Shown here: positions 11,701-21,308 of the stretch, piece after piece
Layout: each line of letters opens with the position of its first letter
How positions within the stretch are numbered: the stretch's first letter is position 1
Source: Felis catus
Lineage: Eukaryota
Direction of reading: 5' to 3'
Assembly (NCBI RefSeq): GCF_018350175.1
Contig: NC_058377.1
Location: 99,448,001-99,512,000 of the forward strand
DNA length: 64,000 bases
Translations under genes and position numbers: made by a program
Notes under the pieces: model-generated
Database searches by the model: none
Told to the model about the DNA's origin: nothing
Seen by the model: the letters and a program-made list of their open reading frames with translations, nothing else

Positions 11701-14700
11701 GAGGGGCAATGGAAGTTGAAACCCCCATAAGCCATGCCCCTGGTGTGGAGTCAGTCACTGGAAAATCTGAATGCCCTCGGGGACCTGAAGGGCTCAAATA
11801 ACCAGTGCCCCTGAAAACAACTGATCTCGCCCGAGGTTCTTCATGGTTGGCTCCCCTGAACCAGCTTTATTGGAAACCCAGAGCCTCAGGTAACTCTGGA
11901 AATGGAAGGAAAGCCAGTTGATTTCCTTCTTGACACTGGAGCCACCTTTTCTGTCCTTTCCATTCCTGGCCAACCATCCAAATGCAGAGTAATGATTAGA
12001 GGTGTCTCCAGAAAACTTAAGACTAACTTTTTCTCTCAGCCTCTGGGGTGTATACAGGGAGACTTTTTTTTTTTTTTTTCACATTCTTTGTTTTTATAAT
12101 GCCAGAGAGCCCCACTCCCTTGCTAGAAAAAGACATTATGACTGAATTAGGGACTATAATGCTACTCCCTCCAGGACGGATAAACAGTTGCCTAAACTTA
12201 TAGTAATCTGGATATCAAAGATCAGTCTTTCCTTGAGGTAAAATTAAATACGCCTTATGGAGTTGTTCCTATGGAAACTTGATGGGCAAAGGAAGATTTT
12301 GAGGACTGAGAACCAAAAACCAGTTCAAAAGCTTAATTGTTCTAAGCAACAATATCACAAGATCCAAATAAATATGGAAGAGGGTGGAAAAGCTATAGTT
12401 GGAAAAAAAAAAAAAAATTGACCAGACGGTTCAGGGACTTTTTGGATGGCTAAAGTACATCTTTACATCCCATGGTGTGACCTCCTTCCTAGGAGGTATT
12501 GCGTTTGGAATATTAATGCTTGTTGATCTAATATTCTTTTTGTATGTCATTTGTAGAAGCCGTTGCACATATGCCAGAAAAATAAGAAAATTTTGCTAAC
12601 CTAAGACGTTCCAAATACACTCTCATTATTTTGGACCTCTGGATTGACCTCTGAACCTGCCCTGACTGCCATACCCTTTCAGCAGGAAGCAGTTAAGATC
12701 AGTCATCATCCCAATTCCTAATGGGAGTTAGGAGTCACGTGTTCAAAGTGGGGAATATGATAGGAAAAGATGGGATTCAGTAGGCAGAGAGGGAAAGGTT
12801 AGGACCTGAGGTCCCTGGGTAGAAACACACACACACACACATATATTTTGGAACAATGCTGGGAGTGCAGCCGCAGCAAACCCTCTGGGGGAAGGGGAGG
12901 AAGATTCCTCTTAAGAAACAAATGTCTGTGCCTTGTGCCCAAAATAACCTAAAAATGAAAACAGAATCTACTTAGAAAAGAAGAGGAGGGATTGTGAAAT
13001 AAGTGAGAGGATTTATTTTCAGAAATACCAAATATAAGCTGAGTTGTCTCGTGAACAATAGGTTTAGACCCTATTGGAAATATATACGAACCCCTCACCC
13101 CAGCACAATGGAGTCCCAAATCTCCTTTGGGAGACCTTTCACTTCCTGGTTCTTCTTCCCCTCTCCTTCTGCCGGCTTATTTTTCGCAGGCTTTGCAATG
13201 AGCATGTGCCAAAGAACTGAGGTCTCTGCATCACCTCAAGGAATGTGCATTTGTTCCAATCAGATTACTTTTTGGCCTTACATGGGCATAGGCGACTTCC
13301 AGGTAAGGCTGTAATCTCTGTAGTACTTAGCCAATGAGGAATCATGGGAACGACTTCATGCTAGGAGATAAATTGCCTGCTGCAACTGCCCCGAGTGTGC
13401 CTGTCCATCAGGCACCTGCTCTTGTAAGAATGTTGATTAAACCCTGGCCTCACCGTGCTCTGAGTCTCCACGTCCCTTCTTTGAATGGGCCAGTAGGCTT
13501 ATTTCTCACAAGGCCTGCATAGGACTCTGCACTGATGGTGAGAGTTGGTTTGGGATTCTCTCACTCTTGAAATAAATAAGTGTGTGTGTATATATATATA
13601 AAGTAGAATTGACAAAGTCTGACTACTCCTTTGTACACAAAGGTATTTTTGATTTCAGTAACTCAAGTCAGTAACCAAACCGAAAGGCAACTTCTCTATG
13701 GCTTGCTGATTTCATTCACTCGACACTCACTCAGCACTAAGGTCAGGCATTGTCTTAGGCATTCAAGATGAAGGCCCTATAAACTCTAAGAAGAAAAGCC
13801 ACCTCCAGCCCCCAAGAGAAATTTATAAAACAACCCATTGAAAAAGTGTATGATTCATTTGTCATTGATGGAATTTTTACTCATATGTTAACGATGTATG
13901 GAACTCCAGAGAATTGTAAAAGAGTGCAGACCTAAAACATAATTTTCATTAAGTTTGAATGCTTGTTTGTGGAACTAAGGTTATTAGACATTGTGCTGTC
14001 TTTATATAAAGATGTTGCCCTGTCTTTATAGTGTTTGCCATCTATTAGCACTTTTTTTGTCCTTCTTGTTTATTGTACTGATACAGCCTAATGAAGATGC
14101 TGTTATTTCAACTGGTAGGCTTTTTTTGTAACCTTAAAAATGGACTCACATTTAAGATACATTGATTAGTGATGGCATACTTTTTTAAAAAGTTTATTGA
14201 GAGAGCGTGGGAGGGGCAGAGAGAGAGGGAAAGAGAGAATCCCAAGCGGGATCCACACTGTGAGTGCAGAGCCCATCACCAGGGCTCAACTCACAAACTG
14301 TGAGATCATGACCTGAGCGGAAATCAAGAGCCCCTGACACTTAACTGACTGAGCTACCTAAGCACCCTGATGACATACGTTTTTAAGAAATGGACAACAG
14401 TTCCTTGGATTTCCTAAAGTACTTTGCTACAAGGCCTCAGGAATTATTAGCCAAAATGGTAAATGTTCCTTAGTGTGATCATTCCTGTGGAAAAAGAGTC
14501 ACAAAAAGTACTTGGTCTCTGGCTGTGAGGCATTGACACTTGTATGATGCAGCTATATTATCCAACTAGCCTAGAGAAAAAAAATCTCCAAGGCAGTGGT
14601 TCTCACATTTTAATAAGCCTAAATATTATCTGGTAGTCTTGTTAAAATAGCAGATTCCTATGTACAACCCCTGAGAATTTATGACTTGGGAACTTTAGGG

Positions 14701-17700
14701 TGGGGTCCAGGAATGTGAATATTTAGCAAGCTCCCTAGGTATATCTGGTATAATTGATACAAAGTCACATGCTGCAAAATTGCTGTTTTGTGTTAATTTC
14801 ATACGCAGTATAAAATATTGACCTTCATTCAGTCATAAAGTCTTTGGTTCCAGCTAGACAGATTAATAACCATTAGCTGGAGCCTATCAGGACTCTTTTA
14901 AAAAAAAAAAAAAAGATTTTATTTTTAAGTAATCTCTATGCCCAAGATGGGGCTAGAGATCAAGAGTCATATGCTCTACTGAGTCACATGCTTAACCTAG
15001 AGATCAAGAGTCACATGCTGTACTGAGCCAGCCAGATGCCCCCCTATCTGGAGTCTCAAGGTAAAAATTCAAATAAATAAATAGTCTGATAATGCCAGAG
15101 GGCTTATTTCCCCTATTGCTTATTCTTTTCTTCTTCTGAAGTGATAATACTGCACTAATAAAGATAGGTGCATTGTTTTAATTTTAAAATGGTAACTCTA
15201 TTTTCTACCATGCAATCTCAAAAAAAAAAAAAAAAAGGTAAAGTAAAAAGGACACTTATAGATAAAGAAATACAAAGCTCTTGCAAAATATAGTACCCCA
15301 ATCCTGCAGCTGCGTCACTACACGGGTGCCAAGATTATCCATAAAGTTACACAACTTTTGTAGATGAATTTTAATACAGCTAATACTTTGCAGCTGAAGA
15401 TAAAATACCCAACGTGTACTTTAAGAACATTTTAGGGGTCTGGATGGCTTACTCGGTTAAGCATCCAACTCTTTTTTTTTTTTTCTTTAATGTTTATTTT
15501 TGAGAGAGAGTGTGTGTGTGTGAGCAGGGAAGGGGCAGAGAGAGGGAGACACTGAATCCGAAGCAGGCTCCAGGCTCCGAGCTGTCAGCACAGGGCCCAA
15601 TATGGGGCTCAAACCCACAAAATGTGAGGTCGTGACCTGAGCCGAAGTTGGACACTCAACCAACTGAGCCACCCAGGCGCCCCAGCATCCAACTCTTGAT
15701 TTCGGCTCAGGTCATGATCTCATGGTTTTGTGAGTTCCAGCCCTGTGTTGGGCTCTGTTCACTGACCACTGACTGAATGGAGCCTGCTTGGGATTCTCCC
15801 TCTCTCCCTTTCTCTCTGCCCCTCCCCTGCTCACACTCTGTCTCAAATAAACTTAAAAAAAATTTTTTTTAAATATTAGACATAATTCTAAATCAGCACA
15901 GCTGTTGTTTGATGAAAGACCAACCATGCAGGTCAGCCATTTTAAAGGCATCTCTGTAAGAAGTTTCTTGTTTAAAAAAAAGTGAACAGTGTATTCACAC
16001 TGTAGTAAACTCTGAAGCTTCCTTGTTGTTTTGCTGCTTCTTAGGAGCCCATATTCATAGCACTCATGTCAGATTTCTTTCATTCTCTTTTTTATGCTGG
16101 CGGACCTGGTTCCAGGAGTGGAAGAATGTAGGAGTTGAGCAGCTGCGACTCAGCACAGTAGACATGACTGGAGTCCCAACCTTGGCTGACCTCCAGAAAG
16201 GAGTCCGGTTTGCTCTCAAGTATCAGTCGCTGGGCCAGTGTGTCTACGTGCATTGTAAGGCTGGACGTTCCAGAAGTGCTACTATGGTCGCAGCGTATCT
16301 GATTCAGGTAGGAAAGGTCTTTCTGGACTGGTCCATTTACAGCAGATTTCTAGAACTTCAGTAGCATGGTCTATTGGCAGGCCTTCCTAGAAGGAGCCAT
16401 GTACCCAGTTACAGGCTGTTGGGAGATGGAAAGCACCTGGATTTTGCGGATAGGCTGACCTCTGGCATTGCTACCTACCAGATGTGTGACCTTAGGCAAA
16501 AATGTCTTCCCCTCTCTGATGCTCAGTTTCCTCAAACTAAATTTGTTCTGAGGTTTGAACGAGAAAGTATGTCAAGCACTGACCTACAGCAGGCACTCAA
16601 AAAATGAAGCGCAAAGGATGTTAACACCAGTAAAAGGCTAAAGCACTTTTTATAAATAGCACTCAGGAAATCCAGTACTTTAGGTAGTAGTGCTGATCAC
16701 TTATAGCCCTATAGTACTCAAGATTTCTTAAAGTATTTCAGAATAAAGTTCTAGACATTTGTGTCTAGAAACAGAGGCTCCAATGGAATTTTGCCTATCA
16801 CCTTATGACTGGTAGGTGTGATACTTTCAAGAGTATTTATAAGCAAATACTCTTTAGTCCATTACTACCTGTTATACACCCCCCAACTTGACTCATTTTT
16901 GTTACCTATCTGGCCCCTGTAGAGCATTTATTAAGTTATGTGGATAGTTTAAGGAAAAAGGAAATGTACATGTAATAGGCATCGCTCTGAGTTACTGTGG
17001 ACTGGTAAGTACATGATTTAACAGCATTAAAGCTTTGATCATTAGGACTCCATTTACTGGAAATGGGTTCTCAGGAGGATATTTTTGGCTGAGTGAGAAT
17101 TGACTCAGAGGGCTTGAAATCTGTAGATTCTTTGTTCTGTTGAGTTCTAAACCAATATGTATCCTTAGAACACAAAGATAACCCTCCTGGTAAATCTAAA
17201 AAGTGCTGTTTTCCTAGCCACGGTGACAAGTTACATAAAAACATCTACCATGTACTCTCTCCAGGAAACTTATAACCAACAGCCCAGCTCCCAGAGGACA
17301 TCTGATAGGCCTATGCCGGCTTGAAATAGGATCTCAGCTTTGCACGTTCAACCTTCTTTTTTCAGGGTTTGGCAGAGCAAGAATTAGGTAGAAAGACTGA
17401 CTTGACCTCCCAGCCCATTGCAAGTATTGTGGGACTAGTTGGCCGAGGGAATAAAAGTCCCCCCCACCCCCGCCATTTATAATATATGGGGCATGTTTTT
17501 TAACTCCCCTCAAAAGGGAGATTTTAAAATAACGAAATTCTAAGGGCCTTTAGCATCTGTTATTAGGTCAAGAACACCTTAACACCTCCTCCTTTCTTTC
17601 TCTGATTTCCCAATCCTGTACTTCAGGTGTACAACTGGAGCCCAGAGGAGGCTGTAAGAGCCATCACCAAGATCCGGTCACACATCCACATCAGATCTGG

Positions 17701-17785
17701 CCAGTTGGAAGTTCTTAAAGAGTTCCACAAGGAGATTACTGCAGGGGCAGCAAAGAAGGAGACTTACCACACATCACAGACGTGA
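8605..17785 (+). CDS. PTPMT1: Mitochondrial phosphatidylglycerophosphatase / protein tyrosine phosphatase 1; join(8605..8778,8879..8959,16116..16307,17627..17785), 201 aa
   Basis: Spliced translation [22 protein letters not shown]...[21 protein letters not shown]...[21 protein letters not shown]...[13 protein letters not shown]...HTSQT*. CX5R phosphatase motif HCKAGRSR. All introns GT-AG, phase 0. 174+81+192+159=606 nt. Confidence 0.97.
8879..8959 (+). CDS. PTPMT1: PTPMT1 exon 2
   Basis: GCAG|CTG...AAG|GTGAGG; [27 protein letters not shown]. Confidence 0.96.
9512..9726 (-). mobile_element. Young SINEC_Fc-type SINE inserted into the ERV
   Basis: TSD TATT(A/G)CCTAGGTTTACTAAA on both sides. 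Confidence 0.92.
12758..13510 (+). mobile_element. 3' LTR of the intronic ERV
   Basis: Starts TG right after the PPT and ends ...TTTCTCACA. CCAAT at 13331, ATTAAA at 13436-13441. Segment 13001-13082 is repeated, diverged, at 9307-9390. Confidence 0.75.
14594..14785. mobile_element. MER5-like hAT-Charlie remnant
   Basis: CAGTGGTTCTCA...GGGTGGGGTCCAGGAATGTGAATATTTAGCAAGCTCCC. Confidence 0.6.
15434..15865 (+). mobile_element. Can-SINE interrupted by an antisense Can-SINE (15474-15683)
   Basis: TSD AGCATCCAACTCTT duplicated inside the host SINE head. Confidence 0.85.
16116..16307 (+). CDS. PTPMT1: PTPMT1 exon 3 (catalytic loop)
   Basis: CCAG|GAG...CAG|GTAGGA; contains HCKAGRSRS. Confidence 0.97.
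17627..17785 (+). CDS. PTPMT1: PTPMT1 exon 4 to stop
   Basis: Pyrimidine tract then TCAG|GTG; TGA at 17783-17785. Confidence 0.95.
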   Translation: MYNWSPEEAVRAITKIRSHIHIRSGQLEVLKEFHKEITAGAAKKETYHTSQT

Positions 17786-18329
17786 AATACACAGATTAGA
17801 AAGAACTCAAGACGACCCTGCTTGCTACAGAATCAAATAGTGTAACAGGACCAAGGGGGCTTAAGCCCAGACTTGACAAAGCAGGAATGTGCTAAGTAAT
17901 GGATAATTTCACTCCTTTTGTCTTGTTTCACTTTCCTGAAGTAACACTGTTGTGTGCTAAGAGAGAGATTTAGTGTGGCTTCAATTCACTGGCTAAGGGG
18001 ATATGGAATGAGGGTTTTTGTTTTCTTGAATAGGGTCAAAGAACTCGATTGTGTATCTAACACTGTGCCTAATGATACTTAGCCCAACTTAAAGACATTT
18101 AAACACTAGGAAGGAGAGGAGAAATACTCAGCTCAGGCTCTTTGCCACTGTCAGACCCCAATTCACTGGCTCCCCGGGGCTCTGTTCCCTTTTGGAGCAG
18201 TGATTCTGGATGTAGAAAAGGAAGTATGGGATCCAAGCAGCTTAGAAATGTGTGGGTATGCAATCAATTTTCCCTAGGGAAGTCACTCCTTCAGAATTCA
18301 AAACAGACACACATATCCCTTCAAAAACT

Positions 18330-18335
18330 TTTATT
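18330..18335 (-). terminator. KBTBD4 polyadenylation signal AATAAA
   Basis: First minus-strand AATAAA after the KBTBD4 stop; GT-rich sequence follows (GGGATATGTGTGTCTGTTTT). Confidence 0.75.
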
Positions 18336-18482
18336 TGTATGAACAGTTCCTAGCTCTTAGTTTATCTTAGAGCTTTTAAAAGAGTAGAGACCTTATATAT
18401 TTAAGTTTGAAAAAAGTTTCTGCTATTAATCAGAAATAATCCTTTCTACTTCTTTCTGGCTTACCCCTTGGAGTAAGCCAAA

Positions 18483-18488
18483 AATAAA
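18483..18488 (+). terminator. Candidate PTPMT1 polyadenylation signal AATAAA
   Basis: First plus-strand AATAAA I found after the PTPMT1 stop. Confidence 0.5.
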
Positions 18489-19052
18489 ACCATATTGTAC
18501 GTTTCCTGACAGAGAGATGAGAAAACAACAGACACAAGTCCTGAATTCTAGAGTTGATGCTTGCTGGTGAAGGACACCTTCAGCTTAGAGCATTCTCCCA
18601 ACCAAAGCCTGAAGGAAAACTCTAACACCTAATTCTTTGTGGAAAAATTACCAACTACCCACTTTGCAGGCTATAGAAAAAAGGAAGATGGGGCACATTT
18701 CCTTCTGTCCTGGATCAGAGGTGCTTAAGTTACTTAACACTGATCAGGTAAAGAGGGGAGGCTGTGCCTATGATCTGAGAAAAGGCTTGTTCTATGAGGC
18801 ACAGGATTACCAGGGGACGGCAGAGGACAGGCTTGTCTACTCTCCGTTCAAGCAGCCAGCTCAACAGCAGCAGTCTAAAAAGCCCCAAATGGAACACCCC
18901 TATGGGTTCAGGAGGGACTGAGGGGCTGCCCTTTCTAACATGTGCCAAAAACATAACATAGTACTCTGATCGGGGCCCCAGAGACTTCGAGTTTGGATGG
19001 ATAGGTGCTGGAAAAGGGGAGGGCAAAAGTCAGCTGCTTTTCCCCTATAGCC

Positions 19053-19913
19053 TTAGGCCAACACAAACTGCAAATTAGTAAGCAGCACCTTAATGCCTCT
19101 GGTGACAGTTATAGCTGAAGTGGCAGGGTCAAGCTTGTAGGTGTTGGCATCCCCCTTTTTATATCGGTCCCGGAAAACATAGATACTCCCATTANNNNNN
19201 NNNNNNNNNNNNNNNNNNNNNNNNNNNNNNNNNNNNNNNNNNNNNNNNNNNNNNNNNNNNNNNNNNNNNNNNNNNNNNNNNNNNNNNNNNNNNNNNNNNN
19301 NNNNNNNNNNNNNNNNNNNNNNNNNNNNNNNNNNNNNNNNNNNNNNNNNNNNNNNNNNNNNNNNNNAGGGCTTCACGTGGCATTTGTCTGTCTCTGTGTC
19401 AAAGCACTGGATGAGTCGGGAAGGTTTGGTAAAGAAGTCCAGGTCATTCTCCTCCCCCCCTAGTAAGTAGATGATCCCGTTAAGGTTGGCACCAGCGGCC
19501 CCTGACACAGCCACCTCTAGCTGGGTTGTCTCTGTCCAGACGTTATCACCTACCCGATAATAGATAACTGCATTGGAGAGGGTATCCTGTAGTGTCTTGC
19601 CACCCAATGAATATATGGCATCTTTCCCAGGCACAGACACCAGGGTGTGCTGGAGCCGGTCCCGGGGCAAAGGTGCACACCATTCCCAGTCCACAGTGGC
19701 ATTGTTGCACTTCCACATGCGCCGTGGGATGGACCCTCCCACCACGTATAAGTCTCCACCATGCTTGCAGGCTGCAGTGATCTGGTGGCACAAGCTGTTT
19801 TGGCCACTTACACTGATGGAGTCATCTTCCGCACAGTGTAAGGACACAGCCAACGAGTGGGTACGAGATGACTCTTTCCCGATCAGGTAAATGTGCACAT
19901 TCTCCCCGATCTC
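19053..19913 (-). CDS. KBTBD4: KBTBD4 exon 4 (Kelch propeller) to stop
   Basis: ATAG|GAG ATC; TAA at 19055-19053; 861 nt, frame kept across gap 19195-19366. Confidence 0.96.
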   Translation of the reverse strand, partial: EIGENVHIYLIGKESSRTHSLAVSLHCAEDDSISVSGQNSLCHQITAACKHGGDLYVVGGSIPRRMWKCNNATVDWEWCAPLPRDRLQHTLVSVPGKDAIYSLGGKTLQDTLSNAVIYYRVGDNVWTETTQLEVAVSGAAGANLNGIIYLLGGEENDLDFFTKPSRLIQCFDTETDKCHVKPXXXXXXXXXXXXXXXXXXXXXXXXXXXXXXXXXXXXXXXXXXXXXXXXXXXXXXXXXXNGSIYVFRDRYKKGDANTYKLDPATSAITVTRGIKVLLTNLQFVLA

Positions 19914-21248
19914 CTATTGGCAAAATTAAAATTATAGATGACATCTATCAGTTCTAGGCTAAGACTCAGCTGAGACACAGATCTAAAGGTTCTGGACCAC
20001 ACACTTGTATCTTGCTCTAACCCGCTACTTCCCTCTGGTTACTGTATGCCATCCTGACTCTCACCTTTCAGTCATTATATGCTGGGGCAGAGAATCTGTT
20101 GCTCTCATCCTGAGCTGGTGCTTTAGGAAAAAGGTACTTAGGATTAATGCAATGGTGAAAGTAGTTCTCTCAAGGAACTTTATGGAGCTCAGAGGCTGAG
20201 CTATGGTTTCTAGGCTCATGCACATCCTCCTCCCCAGTTCTTAACTTTGAGCCAGAGATGACTTAATCACCATCACCAGGTATCAAAGAGGCCAGATCAG
20301 TAGATGGCTGGAATGTATAGATATTATGGTGTCCCAACCCGAAAGCGAAATCTGCCTTACCTTCAAGCTAGTCCTGAGTGACTCTGCAAAAGCCTCTCTT
20401 TCTTCTTTATTAAAATTGATCCAGGCTTCTATTGCCTCTGTTGGGTTCTGAGAACATGGAACTCCATCTGTGAGAGCCAGAGGAAAGGCATGGTCAATGG
20501 CAATCCAACAATCCAAAAGGGAAATTTAGAGCCAGTGGCTTTAAAGATACAAACCGCTTTGTTATACTACCACCATGTATGTATGTGCGTGTGTATAAGA
20601 AGTTAACCTACATTGCATTATTTCTTTTAATCAGAATGGATGACTTGATATGCTCATATTTGCCATGGAAGCAGTCTACAGGCTGCAGAGCTCACACCTG
20701 CCAAAGTATAGCATACCTCACTAGCAGGGCCAGGATGGTTTACCTACAATTGTCGCATCACTTAAAAAGTTTCTTTTTTTAAATTTTATTTTTTAATGTT
20801 TATTTTTGAGAGGGAGAGAGACAGAGCACAAATGGGAGGTGCAGAGGGAGAGGGAGACACACAGCATCTGAAGCAGGCTCCAGGTTCTGAGCTGTCAGCA
20901 TAGAGCCTGATGCAGGGCTCGAACTCGTGCAGCCCTGTCGTGACTGCGAGATCATGACCTGAGCTGAAGTCAGATGCTTAACTGGCTGAGCCACCCAGGT
21001 GCCCCTCACTTAAAAAAGTTTCTTATGTAAGGGCACCTGGATGGCTCAGTCAGTTAAGCCTCCGACTCTTGGTTTTGGCTCAGGTCATGATCTCAGTTTC
21101 TGGGATCAAGCCCTGGGTTGGACTCTGTGCTGTTAATGTGGAGCCTGCTTGGGATTCTCTCTCTCTCTCATTCTCTCTCAATAAACTTTAAAAAAATAAG
21201 TTTTTTAAAAATAATTTTAAGTTTGTTTATTTATTTATTTATTTATTT

Positions 21249-21308
<60 letters not shown>

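Larger units (their letters stand above)
9307..13510 (+). mobile_element. Degenerate, internally deleted class I (gamma-like, HERV-W/ERV9/HERV-H-related) endogenous retrovirus in PTPMT1 intron 2
   Basis: Gag capsid remnants ([81 protein letters not shown]). Two zinc knuckles at 11654 and 11735. Protease [14 protein letters not shown] and [10 protein letters not shown]. Env-like TM segment, polypurine tract about 12745-12757, then 3' LTR. Many stops and frameshifts; four SINE insertions. Confidence 0.88.

Noticed and set aside
19713-19739. KBTBD4 GGSIPRRMW loop, the human tumour insertion hotspot
   Set aside because: The sequence is wild type; no insertion.
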